A DNA stretch of 64,000 bases, from positions 7,068,001 to 7,132,000 of the forward strand of contig CM035356.1 in the NCBI GenBank assembly GCA_020137815.1, written 5' to 3'. This DNA comes from Hormiphora californensis. Lineage: Eukaryota; Animalia; Ctenophora. The position numbers and the translations under genes are program-made. Under the pieces are notes generated by a model. The model did no database searches, was not told the DNA's origin, and saw nothing but the letters and a program-made list of their open reading frames with translations. Numbering within the stretch: the first letter of the stretch is position 1; each line of letters opens with the position of its first letter. Shown here piece after piece: positions 51,701 to 64,000 of the stretch.

Positions 51701-53075
51701 AGGGATACTGACATATTCAAAAATGTTTGACTTTTTCAACGATCCTGGGTGTGGTAACTGGTTGGGAGATAAAAATACGATGAGTCGAAGTGCGAACTCT
51801 CTACTCCCTCTCGTTCTCAAGATACAGGGCCCCACCTTTTATCACTTCTTAATTGGTTTGGGTATAGAGGGAGAGCCGTATTGCAAATTACATGTAAACA
51901 TGAGTATGTTTATCTATCAATATCTCAATTTTCACATGCACGATTTTGATCGGATTTTTTTCTGAAAGTCAGAAATGTTTAAAAATTTTAGTATTTTCAT
52001 ATGATGTATCAGAATCATAAATAAATCAGTAAATAAACAAGTAAACTTTGCAGTTTGAGGTGAACTGGAGTGAATTGTCAATTAGACCCAATTATGATCA
52101 ATTAGAGCACTTTGCCGACATCTGAGGACTTGTAAAAGTTGCTCAAGTGATTCAACGTATCAAAATTAGTGTGTAAAGTGCCCTCACACGATCTTTTAGC
52201 ATTTCCATTTGAAAAATGCAATTATTGCCAATTAGACTGAATAATGCTCAATTAGGACACTTTCTTCACCTCTGACGGCTTGGAAAAGCCGCTTACGTGA
52301 TTCAGCGTATCAAAATTAGTGGGGATAGTGCTCTCATATGAACTGATAGCATTTTCATGCGATAAGTTACAGTTACGATCACTTAGACCCGATTATGCTC
52401 AATTAGGGCACTTTCTCCACCCCTGAGCGCTTGCCAAAGTTGCTTATGTGATTCAACGTATCAAAATTAGTCGGGTATAGTGGTTTTGCCTTTTATACCA
52501 ATTAGTTGCCTAAATTTTTCAGTTTATACTCTCCTAGGATACAATATTCATTTCAGGGCTGAATAGTTAATAACTATTGACTATGTTATTGACTGTGGGA
52601 TAAATATTAACATCTTGATGTAAAATTGAGGAAGTACAGCCAAATTTTATTGACATTAGTTACTGAATACCATGATAATATTGTTCTAAGAAGGCATACA
52701 TTTCAAAAAAATCACCGTCTTGCTTAGATATATAGTTCTATCTATTCATGACAAGTCTAGAGACAAATGGAAACCAAAAACGGAAACTAGAAGTGGTCTT
52801 AAAGTTTTTAGAAAAAACCCGGTCAAAATCGCATGTGTATTAGCTGAGATAATGACATATAAACAGGCTCATGTTTACCTGTAATCTGTAATGCTGGTCT
52901 CCTCCTCTTACCCAAACCAATTAGTGGGTGTTAATATTTGGGACCCCATATCTTGAGAAGTAGAGGGAGTAGAGAGCTCGGACTTCGACACAATGTATTT
53001 ATTCTCTCAGATGATGTCATTGAGCAATGTTTTATTAAAATTTGAGATGGTCGATTTGAATATGTCAGTATCCCT
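51701..53075. mobile_element. Kolobok-like non-autonomous DNA transposon
   Basis: TTAA on both flanks; termini AGGGATACTGACATATTCAAA / TTTGAATATGTCAGTATCCCT; long degenerate TIRs; three ~150-bp internal tandem units at ~52075-52480. Confidence 0.8.
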
Positions 53076-54126
53076 TTAACTGGTGTGAGGTAGAGCTACA
53101 AAAGAAAGAGGGAGACATAGATGATGAGGTCAAAGGTCGCTATAAGTCTGTGTATGTACCCCAGACTCGACTACAGTAGTTTTATCATGTCCTCCATTTC
53201 AGCTTTATTTTCGACATCTTCCCTAACTATTGTTGAAGGGAGTTGTTAGTGATAAGTTTGTTGGTTCAGGGAAACAAGTTGTAGCTCTTATTTATATTAC
53301 AGTTAGTTTAGAGGAACTTCTGTAACAGTGTAGTTCTCTAGAGTTTTTGTGAACACTGAACCCTCCTTGAAGAATATGTGTAGAGGGGCGTGGTGAGAGA
53401 GGTTGGAGCAAGGAAAGAGATTTATGTTCTTCATTTCTACTCAGGCTATTCTTTGAAACAACTACCGTCCACAATTCAAAAGTGTCTCTCAATTTTGTAG
53501 TAAGGGGGTTGAAGCACCGTACTACTTAGTAGACATGAATATAATTCACATACTGTATCCACTATCCAGCTCTCCTGAGATAGATAGGGAATGACCCCGG
53601 AAATTGTATCTCCCTCCTTCTGTCTCTCCATCTATCTCTCTATCTCTCTATCTTTGCCTCTCAGGCCAGTAGTTGTGACAGTAATTCCTGTCATGGGCTA
53701 ATTCTACACATGTCCTCTATAATACCAATGTACCCTGCTCCCCCAAGCATCACAAACCCCTCCAGCTCCCCTGTGTAAATTACATTGCCAAGGTGGTACA
53801 GTGTGCTTGTAGGGGTAACAATGCACTGTGCAGCCTGTCACAATATATATTGCAGGTCATGAATATTGATGAGTCTAGATTCTGCCTACTTGTAGTTGCC
53901 CAACTTGAATAATAATCAGTAATCAGTATTCAAAATGTTGTATCTTGGTCTTCATTGAAAGTCTATATAAGTTGGTTACTAACCCTATTTCAAAACATCT
54001 GAATTAACTATCTTTAATAAACACTATTCAGTAATCAGTGTATCTAAAACATATTGCATAATTAATCTCTCCTCAGCCTCGTTTCTTCACTATAGCTAAT
54101 CACATATTTATTTCCCCCTCAGTGTG

Positions 54127-57100
54127 ATGGTTCCGCTAACGTTAAGTGAAGCTATTGATAAGACAAATAATTATGGGCGATTCCAGGCGTTTCTTTTTAC
54201 TCTTTGCTCCCTTCTAACCGCCCAAGAGGTAACTGTTCGGCAAGGTTACTCGGGGGATTATGGGGACCCGATTTCCCGAAAGGAGAGCCCGAAAGGAGAG
54301 CCCGAAAGAAAATCCCGAACCAGTTCCCCGAAATATTTATTTGCGCATTACCAAAATCGTACTGGTTCGGGATTTTCTTTCGGGCTTTCCTTTCGGGCAC
54401 CCATAATCCGCTGCCTTACCCACACGCTCTGTGTGCTAAATCTCAGTAAGTATTTAGTGTCAAGCGACGACGAGACAGCCCTTTTTAGCAATCTATTACC
54501 AATATAATATGTATTGAGTATCTCTATCTCTATCTAAGCCACATCAACTTCCCTCCACAGGTGTTTCATATTTGTATTGAACTGTTTACCGCTAAACCCG
54601 TCCCCTGGAGGTGGGGAGATGAAGATATAACCATGAAAAGGTGAGTCAGTGAGTAGAGAGATTTAGTAATACCTATAGGATGAGTTCGGGGATGGAGTTA
54701 GTGGCCATGATCTGGCCATTGTGTTTAGTTGTTTTCAAAAACAAGCCCATTATTCTATACTTCCGGTGTTTTGAACAATGGGGCCTTTGTATCTAGGGCC
54801 GTGTGTACAATTACGTATTTAACATCAACTACGTAAACCATCATGAAAGTAATACAAAAGTAACGTGAATTGTGTTTCAGGGTGACGCTACCACCTTGTT
54901 ACAGTGACAGGAAATGGGTGTTTGCAGAAAACTCTACTTCCATTGTCAGGTAATACAATTGTACTTGTAGAATCCCCTGCTCTTACCTAAATTGTCAGTT
55001 AAATTTCTAGATATCATTAGTCATCTCAACTAGAATTAACAAACCTCTTATATATTTCCAGTGATTTCTCACTCTACTGTTCACCGCTCAAGCTCTACCT
55101 CATCCCATGTGTCTTCTTTGCTGGTCGCATCTGTGGGTTCCTCTCCTTCTGGAGTATTAGTGTGCAGTTTGGGCGGCGCTGGCCCATTGTTATTGGAGTG
55201 TGGGCCAACTCAATCATAACATGGCTTCTCGGATGCAGCTTGTCTTATGAGGTAATATTGCCAGGGACATTGGTCACCAGGTAATATTGATATTAATATT
55301 GATCAGTTCAGATCGTTTCAGAATAGCATTCACATGAGATTCAGTGCTGATGTTATTTCGGATGTCGAGATTAACTAAAATCTCCTCAGGTCTATATAAT
55401 ACTCCGTGCACTAGATGGATTTACCATGGAGGGTTTCATTATGATACCATACGTTCTGATGATTGAGTGTATGAATGAGAGTCACAGACAACCATATGCT
55501 ACCCAATACCGCAGTTTGCAGGTACCAGCATTGATTTTTTAAGTTCAGTCAAACCTTGATTTACTAAGTTAAGGTTTTAGTTTTTACTGTTGTTTATTTG
55601 AACCTTAAAAATAATTACATGTTTTGAAACAATCAACAAAATTGACTCACCCGGATCTATTCCAGGGTTTAGGGTTCTTATCGCTAGCGGGTGCAGCATA
55701 TCTCTGCAAGAACTGGAAGATTCTCTGCTTAGTGATGGGCGCTTTGATAACCGTCCACGCTGCCTTCCTCTCAGCATTCATACCTGAATCGCCCAAGTGG
55801 CTCCAAGCTAAAGGTAACAAACTCTTTTGGGTTGGTCATAGGATGGGTCGTCATGATGTCTCTTTTTGAATCTATTCTAATCCGTGTAATATAACAGCAT
55901 TATATTGGCTGTTGTTGTACATCTACATGTAGTAATAAAATGCTAAGAATAGTTGGCTAGCTGTACTAATAACCGTGCACGTGTGTATTATAGGACTGGG
56001 GTGAGAGAAAAGAAGACAAAATAGGCAATATATAGAGATTAAAGCTATCCATTATTTGGTACTCCTTCCTCAACAATATGTATCCCTGAAAGGTCGAGGA
56101 GGGGAGATAGTATCATTTATCCATCGAGTATCGACCTGGAACAACCGAAGGATCAGAGACCAGTTCTATATTGTGGATGCTAAAAAAGAACGAGAAGGTA
56201 AGAGTTTAACAAGTTTAAAAGTTCCCATTTAGTTGACCATGCCTTTCATCCCCAGACAGACAATACCTTTTATTCAACTAAACCAAGTTTATTTCTCCAA
56301 TTGAAAAGTTGTCCTAAACTAAACCAAGTTTCTTTCTCCCCAGTTGAAAAGTTGTCCAGTGAGCGAGAACTGGTCACTACCTTCCTATCTCTACTGATAG
56401 TGTGGTCGCTGGTTCACATTGCAGAGTACCTCCTCTATTTTAATGTCCTCTACCTCCCCGGAAATGCATACCTTCACTTAGTCCTGCTAGGTGAGTTCTC
56501 ACACACTTTTTTTCCCATTTCATACACAAAATATTATTTCACTCACTTTTGTCACTTTAGATATAATTTAGGTAAAGTCAGGGGTAAAGTAAAATAACTT
56601 GCCAGCGCAGTGATCATTACCATCATCTGCATCACATTTTAACTCCCCTCCCCCTTATTCCAGGTCTCTGTGATATCCCAGGACGATCTCTTCCCCTCTC
56701 AATCATGGACCGCCTCGGTCGAAAACGGACCATTACCCTGTGGAACTGTCTCGCTGGTGTCTTCCTCCTGGCATGCATTGTAGAACACAAAATAGTCCGG
56801 ACCCTCTTCTACCTTCTCTCTAAACTGGTCCTCGCGGGTTGTATCATCCTACTCAAGGTCTACACCAATGAGGTAGCACCGGCAAGTAACGGCTCCAACC
56901 TCTACATGTATTGTGATATGGCGACCCGGTTTGTGGGGATGGGAGTACCTTTCCTCCTCTGGCTGAACTCAATAAACTACGGGCTTGTGTACGCTGTGGC
57001 TGGTGGTGCCGTCTTCATCTCACCCATGTTCCTGTGCTGCCTCCCTGAGACGAAGGGCCGATCAAAACCAGAAACTGTACACGAGTTTGTCAGTCTGTAC

Positions 57101-57706
57101 TATGGATCCAGATATAGACCGGCACATAATGGGCATGCTGCTGCTGCGGTGATGGTAAGACAACAAAAAGATCAAATCCCCGGCTCGTCTCGTGGACCCC
57201 CACAACAGAGGATGCCGAATGCGTGGCAAAACAGTAATGGACATGCAGCTTATTCCACCGTGGCAGAAATCTCAAACATGGGGGACGCGGGGAATTTGTC
57301 CATGTTTGACCCTGATATTGAACGGCTAAAGATGCGAGGTGGTCGTGCCCCTCCACCAGCCCCTCAGTTGGAATCGACCAGGATCAGTGAGCATTCCCGT
57401 TATAATAACAACAACAGTAATCTAAACAGACAGAGGAGTCTACCTCGATCTGTGTATGGGATGAACGGAGGGTATTATCACTCTGGTAGTGCCGCTCCTG
57501 GTTACTATGGTAACAACGGTAACTATAGCAACGGACAACAGAGAATGGCCAGGAATGCTAGTTATGAGAGCTCTCTGAACACCATGATGAGTGATACTCC
57601 AACTTACAGTGGGAATACAGAGGAGGAACTTATTAAAAGAAATAGTTTGGTCAGCTTTACACCAAAAACTAGTGTCAAGAAACACTTTTCACTCAGCAAA
57701 GTTTAA
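54127..57706 (+). CDS. SLC22-like (organic cation transporter family, MFS) with a long C-terminal tail
   Basis: Exons 54127-54228, 54561-54640, 54881-54949, 55062-55251, 55390-55521, 55666-55813, 56093-56197, 56344-56490, 56664-57706. Motifs YGRFQ, SIVSDFSLYC, FGRR, PESPKWL, DRLGRK, YTNEVAP, LPETKG. Confidence 0.9.
54239..54420. mobile_element. Small palindromic MITE-like insert in SLC22 intron 1
   Basis: GGATTATGGG...CCCGAAAGGAGAGCCCGAAAGAAAATCCCGAACCAGT and its reverse complement. Confidence 0.65.
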
Positions 57707-58243
57707 GATGATTGAGAGACTATTATTATAAAATTTGTGAGATTTTTTTAGAGTTTTGGAAACTAAAACTAATACACCATGGACTATATAACTATTATTA
57801 TTTAACTTATTGACAGAGACAAAGTGTGATTGTTTGCCACCTGACAGTGATGAGAACAGGACAATTGTGTGTTTTCAACAGTGTAAGGGGCTTAGATTTG
57901 TTTTCTAAAAAGTGTGATTATAATAGATGATGTCACACGTTATATTAATGTACGAGTATTCGTGTTACTAAAATTTTCATTGCTATTTGTTATGAAATTG
58001 GTTTTCGTTAGGTTTCGTTAGAAAATATGACCTCACAGCAATAAATATCACGTGAAATTAGATCCAAACTAATCCTGTTGGATATCTCTTTTTCAATTGA
58101 ATTATCAGTTGAAAATCACTGGTCCATCCGGAGGGATATATCTAATATGGGATTTGAAGTATACATGGTGAGTATCTGAGATATAATCCAATAATCATCC
58201 ATGTATCCGACTTACTCTAAACTCTTGACTTGATATGACTTAA

Positions 58244-58608
58244 AGTGAGAGGTGCACAAAAACGAAGTTTGGAATAATGTCTAAACTAATTGTTTGTTAC
58301 ATTCCTTGGTGTCCAATTTAAAGTTTGGTGAAAAGATGACGTCTCTACGTTGTGTTTGAAATTCCTTCATAACTAGGAATGCGCATCGCGCATGCACATG
58401 CAAGCTTCAAACACAAGTTAGGAGCATGGGACCTTGACCAACTTGTTTCTTTTGATCCAAGGAACACTTTAGTGAAGGTCCCAACTCCCATGTCAAACAC
58501 AACATAGAGACGTTATCTTTTCACCAAACTTTTAATTGGACACCAAGGAATGTAACAAACAATTAGTTTAGACATTACTTCAAATTTCGTTTTCGTACAC
58601 CTCTCACT
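58244..58608. mobile_element. Kolobok-like palindromic MITE
   Basis: TTAA flanks; AGTGAGAGGTG...CACCTCTCACT termini; ~110-bp arms. Confidence 0.8.
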
Positions 58609-58612
58609 TTAA

Positions 58613-58902
58613 GGGGAAACTCTAACTGAATGGCATCCCATTAATGGGATCCCATCAACAGTAAAACTCTAACTGATAATGGACCACAGTGATGGTTCTT
58701 TCTCTGTATTCTCTCTGTGTGCGCGCCCGTGCCCGGGCATGCCCTATAGTTCTTTCTCTGTATTCTCTCTGTAGGCAGTACATAGATGTACTGCCTACAG
58801 AGAGAATACAGAGAAAGAACCATCACTGTGGTCCATTATCAGTTAGAGTTTTACTGTTGATGGGATCCCATTAATGGGATGCCATTCAGTTAAAGTTTCC
58901 CC
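58613..58902. mobile_element. PIF/Harbinger-like palindromic MITE
   Basis: GGGGAAACT...AGTTTCCCC termini, TAA on both flanks, ~105-bp near-perfect arms. Confidence 0.8.
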
Positions 58903-60077
58903 TAAGGCAGCTAAAGAGACACACACTCTTTGAAAAAAGCTTTGCAGTGAGAGCACCTCGTCTCTGGAACACCCTCCCGGCAACTGTAACCGAGGCCTAC
59001 CTTCTCTCGACACCATACCTGACCAGCCTCCAATTACTGGCTATGGTTACGCCCCAGTTACAAAATTGAAACTGGACATCAGTTTCTCTGGGACACTCCT
59101 GGTTAACCATGCCGCGCGCGACATTTTCGATCACGTGGTCGATGTGAATTGCATTGAAAGTAGCACACCACTGAAAACTGATACCAGGCTACAAAATTAT
59201 CAGTAGGAGCGCTTAGAGCATGCACGTGCAAAAGTCGCGTGCCACCCGAAATTCAGGTTACTGTCACTCCTTTGCTTTGCATCGAAGTTTTTTGTAAATC
59301 TCGTAAAGATCTAATCGCTCCTACTATAACTGTAACTCCAACTCACTGCTCGATTCGACGGTTTTCGACGGTCCTGATAAAGGGATGGCCTGCTAGGATT
59401 CTACATCTACGAAGTCTCCAAAAGTAACAAAAGTAGGTAACACACATGTGCACAGTGCACACACACACTCCTTGTCAAAAATACAATTACAGACAGTTAC
59501 AGATTATCATTAAAAGTAAAAAAGATAATTTAAAAAGTTACAACCCTATTACAAGCCTTCCTATTGAATAAATAAGTATAGCTCCTGTGGGCCACTCCTG
59601 TGGGCCACTCCTGCGGGCCACTCATGCTGGCCACTCCTACAGGCCGGCCTGCAGGAGTTGGCCCGCAGGAGTGGCCTGCAGGAGTCTAGGCCACTCTCAT
59701 AACTCTATTATTTTATAGTACTGCATTGCTACTCGATCTCTCTCTCTCTCCCCTGCTGTCCATTTTGCTATTCATTCCCCCTTTCCTTCTAGTTCCTTCT
59801 TTCCTAGTTACGCACTGAGCGCGGCGTTTGGTTAGTTTATCCTCTAAAGGAGTATCGATCCTTTGCTTTCCATGTGACCGCCTCACGTGACCCGATGACG
59901 AGGGAGAGCTGAGCCAATGAGGAACAGTGAAGACGACACGTGATATCTCGTCTCCGTGATGGTGGACGGAGTGGAGCCCTCACTTCTCGATTTGTGCCCT
60001 GACTGAAGTTTGAAGGATCTCTGGAGTGGACTGGAACTGCTGTGTTTGTGGTCATTCTGGTCCTTTCTTAGAGCATC

Positions 60078-62896
60078 ATGGCCATTTTATCTGTCCTGAA
60101 GGGCCTTCGACACAAGTACAGATATTTTGCATATCTACTAACAATTCTCATGCTTCTATCGGAAATGGTATCAAGGTTTGTTATAATTTAGTTGATAATT
60201 TAAAAGTGTTAGCATTTAAATCTAAATTGCCTTTTTTCAGTTACGGAGTTTCCTTGGCAATACTTGGAGGTCTGGCGAAACAGGATTGCAATGATCCAAG
60301 TGACACGGGGGAGTACTGTTGGAGTGAGGCTACCAAAGCTGCAGTGGTGGCTGCATACTTTTATGGATACTGGTTACAGGTAAAAGAGGAATAGAAAATT
60401 GCGTTCTGTATAGCATAGCAGAACACTGATCATAGATCTTGAATTAGTGCGAATTCCAACCTGATAGATCGGTGTTTCAAATTATTGGATTCTTATTCTG
60501 AACTCCTCCCACAGATCATACCAACGACACTAGCCAAGCGGGCCGGATTCACCATGACGACACGAGTGATAGCACTTTTGGATGGTATCATACAGATGAC
60601 ATTTCCCTACTGCATACAAATTAGCATTCCCCTAACCCTGGTGCTTCAGGTTAGTGATGAACTGTCAAATATAATTGGTATGATCATAATGTGAGTTGCT
60701 TTGCTCGACCACAAAGGTTTGAAACAAAATTCAAGTTTTTTCTTCACCCGATTTTGTTAATTCAAATTGCTATCCAGGCACTGCGAGGTATGTGTGGAGG
60801 AATATTCTTCACAAGCCCCATGGAGTTTACACGAAAATGGGGCATTGGAAGCGAGTGTAAAGTATTCATCTCTTTTGTAGGTCAGTAATATTACACGTTC
60901 ATAACATGTTGACTTCATAGTAAATCACTGCGCTGGCAAGCGCAAAGGTGACCCCATCCATCCCCCGAAAAAAATTTCCCCCAAAAACGGCCCGCTTGCT
61001 CACAGCGTATATATAGTTATTTCATACTTTTAGCCCCTTTTGGCACTTTTTGACATGCCATAACTCCCGAACCGGAAGAGCTAGGAAGCCGAAATTTTGT
61101 ACTTAGAAGCTTCTTGTAGACCTCTATCGATGGTAAAAATTTCAAGTGGCTAGCTCTTTTTGTTCAAAAGTTATAACACCACCCCCAAAACAGAAAATTC
61201 AGTGTGGGGATAACTAGGTTGATATATACATACATATATACATAGATGTATAGACGCTTTGTTACCTTCCGTTTGGTCCCAGTTTGAGACGAACCAGACA
61301 TCGTACGACCTTAAACCAAGCGGCATTCGACAGATAATTGTCTCGCTCATGTACCCATCTGGGTGGCGACTCTCCATCTTACCTATGACGCGCGCAATGA
61401 CGTCACGAGTGACGTCATTGCGCGAGACCGACTTACTTTTTTCAAACGCCTCTAGCACCCTGAAGACGTGTTCCGATTTCTGATTTGACGAAAAATCGTT
61501 ACCGGCAAATTGTCTGAACTTTTAGATACTATATAGCGAATTTTCGTAGCTGATCATTTTGAGCCCTTAAATCGCGTCGGAAGTCAAAAATTTGACGAAA
61601 AATTCAGCAAATTGAACGTTTTTCGAACGAAAACTCCCTTTCCTGACCACTGTGGTCCATGAAACTTTTCAAGCTCCTTTGGGGTATTGATTAAAAATAT
61701 ATCGTGATGCAATTACGTCGTTACGACGTCACTAATTACGTCAAATGACGTCTAAAATACGATTTTCACAGAAATTCGTCTCGTTTTTCATATTAGGTTG
61801 TTCCACAATGATCGGGACTGTAGGTATAACTCAAAAACTAGCCAACTTAGGGGAGTTCTGCCAACACCATCGTGTTTTTGGGACATTTTTCTGTTCTAAG
61901 AAGCTTTGTTAAGATCCTGTTGCGTTTTTGTAAGAACCAGGAAGTCCACTTTAAAAATCTCACTTTTTTGCCTGCCGAAAATGAAAAAAGTGACTTTCTT
62001 AAAGAAGCTCTGAGTCACAGAAAATTTCAAAATTCAATAACGAAAACAGTACTAGGCGTTCAGGAATTGTCTGAACTTAAACTTTAGTGAACTTTTTTTC
62101 CTCAAATTTCAATTTTGCTCGGCGCAGAAGTCATTTCCTACTAGAGCTAAAAATCAGAAATTTCCAAGAAACTGTGGCCCTTGCCAGCGCATAGTGGTTC
62201 CAAAACAAGTTCTTGATAGCTAAAAATTTAATTGAAACGATTCTCTTTGCGAATCCATCCATTTTAAACCTTTAAATGGTCTTTTTTGTACTTTGTTTTG
62301 GGTTTTAGAAAAATTGCTTCAAAATTGCCACTTTTTTGGGTCGTTTTTCGTCTATTTTTTGTGAACTTTTGTCGATATTGAGCTATGAAACCGGGATTTG
62401 CCAACGAATTTCACACGAACGGCTCGGTTAAGTCCAAGAGTAATCCCAACCAGCGTTAAACCAAATTTGGATCATAATAAGGTACCTTAATTGGTCAATA
62501 ATTGGCCTTTCGGCGGCGGGTATTTCGAGATATTGAAAATTGGCCCTAATTCCGCAACCAAACAGGTAGCGGCAAAACTAATACCAGTTTTTCTCTTTCA
62601 AATTAACTAATTAACTCGGTAGTACCGTCAGTTTGATTCAGGGGGTTGCATAGCGTGGTGTATAGCCTCAGTCCCGATCATTGTGGAACAACCTAATATA
62701 ACGCATCATTTCGACAATATCACATAATGAAATAATGTCATGCTGCGATTAGAAACCAAAAAGGACCTAAATTAAGCCAAAAACTAATTGAAATTAGTTG
62801 GCGGGAAAGGTGACCCACTTACACCTTTGCCTGCTGCCGGGATCAGGGATATAAGATGTGAATATAATGGAATTAGACAGTGAAAGAGAGTGTGAT

Positions 62897-62973
<77 letters not shown>

Positions 62974-64000
62974 GTGACAGGGAGACAGGGAGTAGAGAGA
63001 GGGATAGAACGAACAGGAATAAGTTACCCTCGAAAAATAAGAGATTGAGATACCGAGGGATAGAATGAGAGTTCGTGGTGATACCCGGCAGAAGCAAAAG
63101 GTGTAAGTGGGTCACCTTTCCCGCCAACTAATTTCAATTAGTTTTTGGCTTAATTATATATATTTGTTTGTTAGTAAACCCTGTTTACCGTTCACAGGAA
63201 TCGCAGTTACATTGGGGAATGGTTTAGGTCCCTTTCTTGCTGGTCTCGTGTCGACTCATGTGGGCTGGCGCTACTTTTTCTACATAAATGGGCTCTCTTA
63301 TCTCATTGTCCTGGTGCTGATGATTATTTTCGTGCCTGACTGCCCGCAACATGCCTGGTAAGAGTGAAATCTCCTAGGCTAATAAATTATCTTAACGTAC
63401 GACTAAATCTTAACGTACGACTAAATCTTTTTACAGGGCAATGAGTGAGACTGAAAAAGCATTGTTTGAGAAGAAGCAGAAGGTACTAATTCGCAGCGTC
63501 TCTGAAAACAGGGCAGAGGATGCCCCGAAAAGCATAACATCTAAAATCAAAGACATTCTATCGAGAGTGTACGTGATATCGTTTTGCATTTACGGGTTCA
63601 TGGATGTGTTTCAAATTATAACATTGTTTGTAGTAACACCCTTCTTCATGCATGATATCCTGGATGCCAGCACTGAGTTTATCAGTTATACCACCCTTTT
63701 CGGGGGTCTGGCAACTGTGGCCTGTACTCTTGTGTGCATCGTGACTCTTCCTTGGCTAGATAAGCGATACCCGTGGTTTTGGGTTCGGCTCTGTTTCATG
63801 ACCGTACCCCATATGATACGGACAGTGCTGTTTATCGGGATAGCCTACACATCAAACAAGTGGGCGGTTGCTATCATGGTGATAGCAAATCTAACAACTA
63901 TGGGAACCATCTTCAGTGGATCAATCGTCACCGTCAACTATGAGATAGACCCAAAGAAAGCCCCCATCACCCTGGCGGTCTTCAATGGATTTGGACAACT
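60078..64000 (+). CDS. SLC17/sialin-like MFS anion transporter, 3'-partial
   Basis: Exons 60078-60175, 60241-60379, 60515-60649, 60778-60880, 63198-63357, 63437-end. WSEATKAAVVAAYFYGYWLQ, GWRYFFYING and PDCPQHAWAMSETEK resemble SLC17 motifs (W....G.I..SFF.GY..Q; GW...FY; P..H..IS..E). Confidence 0.8.
61793..62696. mobile_element. Mariner-like non-autonomous element inside a composite repeat in an SLC17 intron
   Basis: TIR TTAGGTTGTTCCACAATGATCGGGACTG; TA TSD. Confidence 0.75.
62770..63156. repeat. ~75-bp inverted repeat pair flanking a (GA)n spacer
   Basis: AATTAAGCCAAAAACTAATTGAAATTAGTTGGCGGGAAAGGTGACCCACTTACACC at ~62770 and its reverse complement at ~63100-63156. Confidence 0.8.

Noticed and set aside
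58641-58874. Mirror-image ORFs on both strands (also near 12775-13167)
   Set aside because: A consequence of palindromic MITE sequence.
60926-62196. CACT-terminated element defined by CACTGCGCTGGCAAG / CTTGCCAGCGCATAGTG
   Set aside because: The right end lies inside another TIR element and no TSD is evident, so the boundaries cannot be supported.

Overview
Intron-rich, repeat-dense animal genomic DNA, not prokaryotic, so most short six-frame ORFs are spurious. My recollection of the CAGGAACCGACC...GGTCGGTTCCTG repeat points to a cydippid ctenophore (Pleurobrachia/Hormiphora-like); this is an unverified inference. Spliced genes reconstructed by hand: 3' part of a cytochrome P450 (+); a CXorf65/C22orf15-like gene (-); an intronless papain-family protease with ShKT-like domains (+); two Tctex1-domain dynein light chain paralogues (- and +); a four-repeat annexin (-); an SLC22-like transporter (+); and the 5' part of an SLC17/sialin-like transporter (+). 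One 8.4-kb annexin intron holds an L2/CR1-group LINE and a complete antisense gene encoding papain protease + 2x ShKT + an F-type-lectin-like domain. Mobile DNA includes a CRE-like (RLE) retroelement with a 13-bp TSD, many MITE/foldback elements with hAT-, Tc1/mariner-, Kolobok-, Harbinger- and CMC-like signatures, and a palindrome built around a tRNA-like core. Most notable: the nested protease-ShKT-lectin gene, arrays of phase-0 candidate alternative first exons on both Tctex1 genes, the tRNA-cored palindrome, and a split between acceptor-before-ATG and TATA-box gene starts that suggests SL trans-splicing. Clustered single-base indels and a homopolymer-garbled stretch (~15.3-17.0 kb) suggest unpolished long-read sequence, so frameshifts are not treated as proof of pseudogenes.
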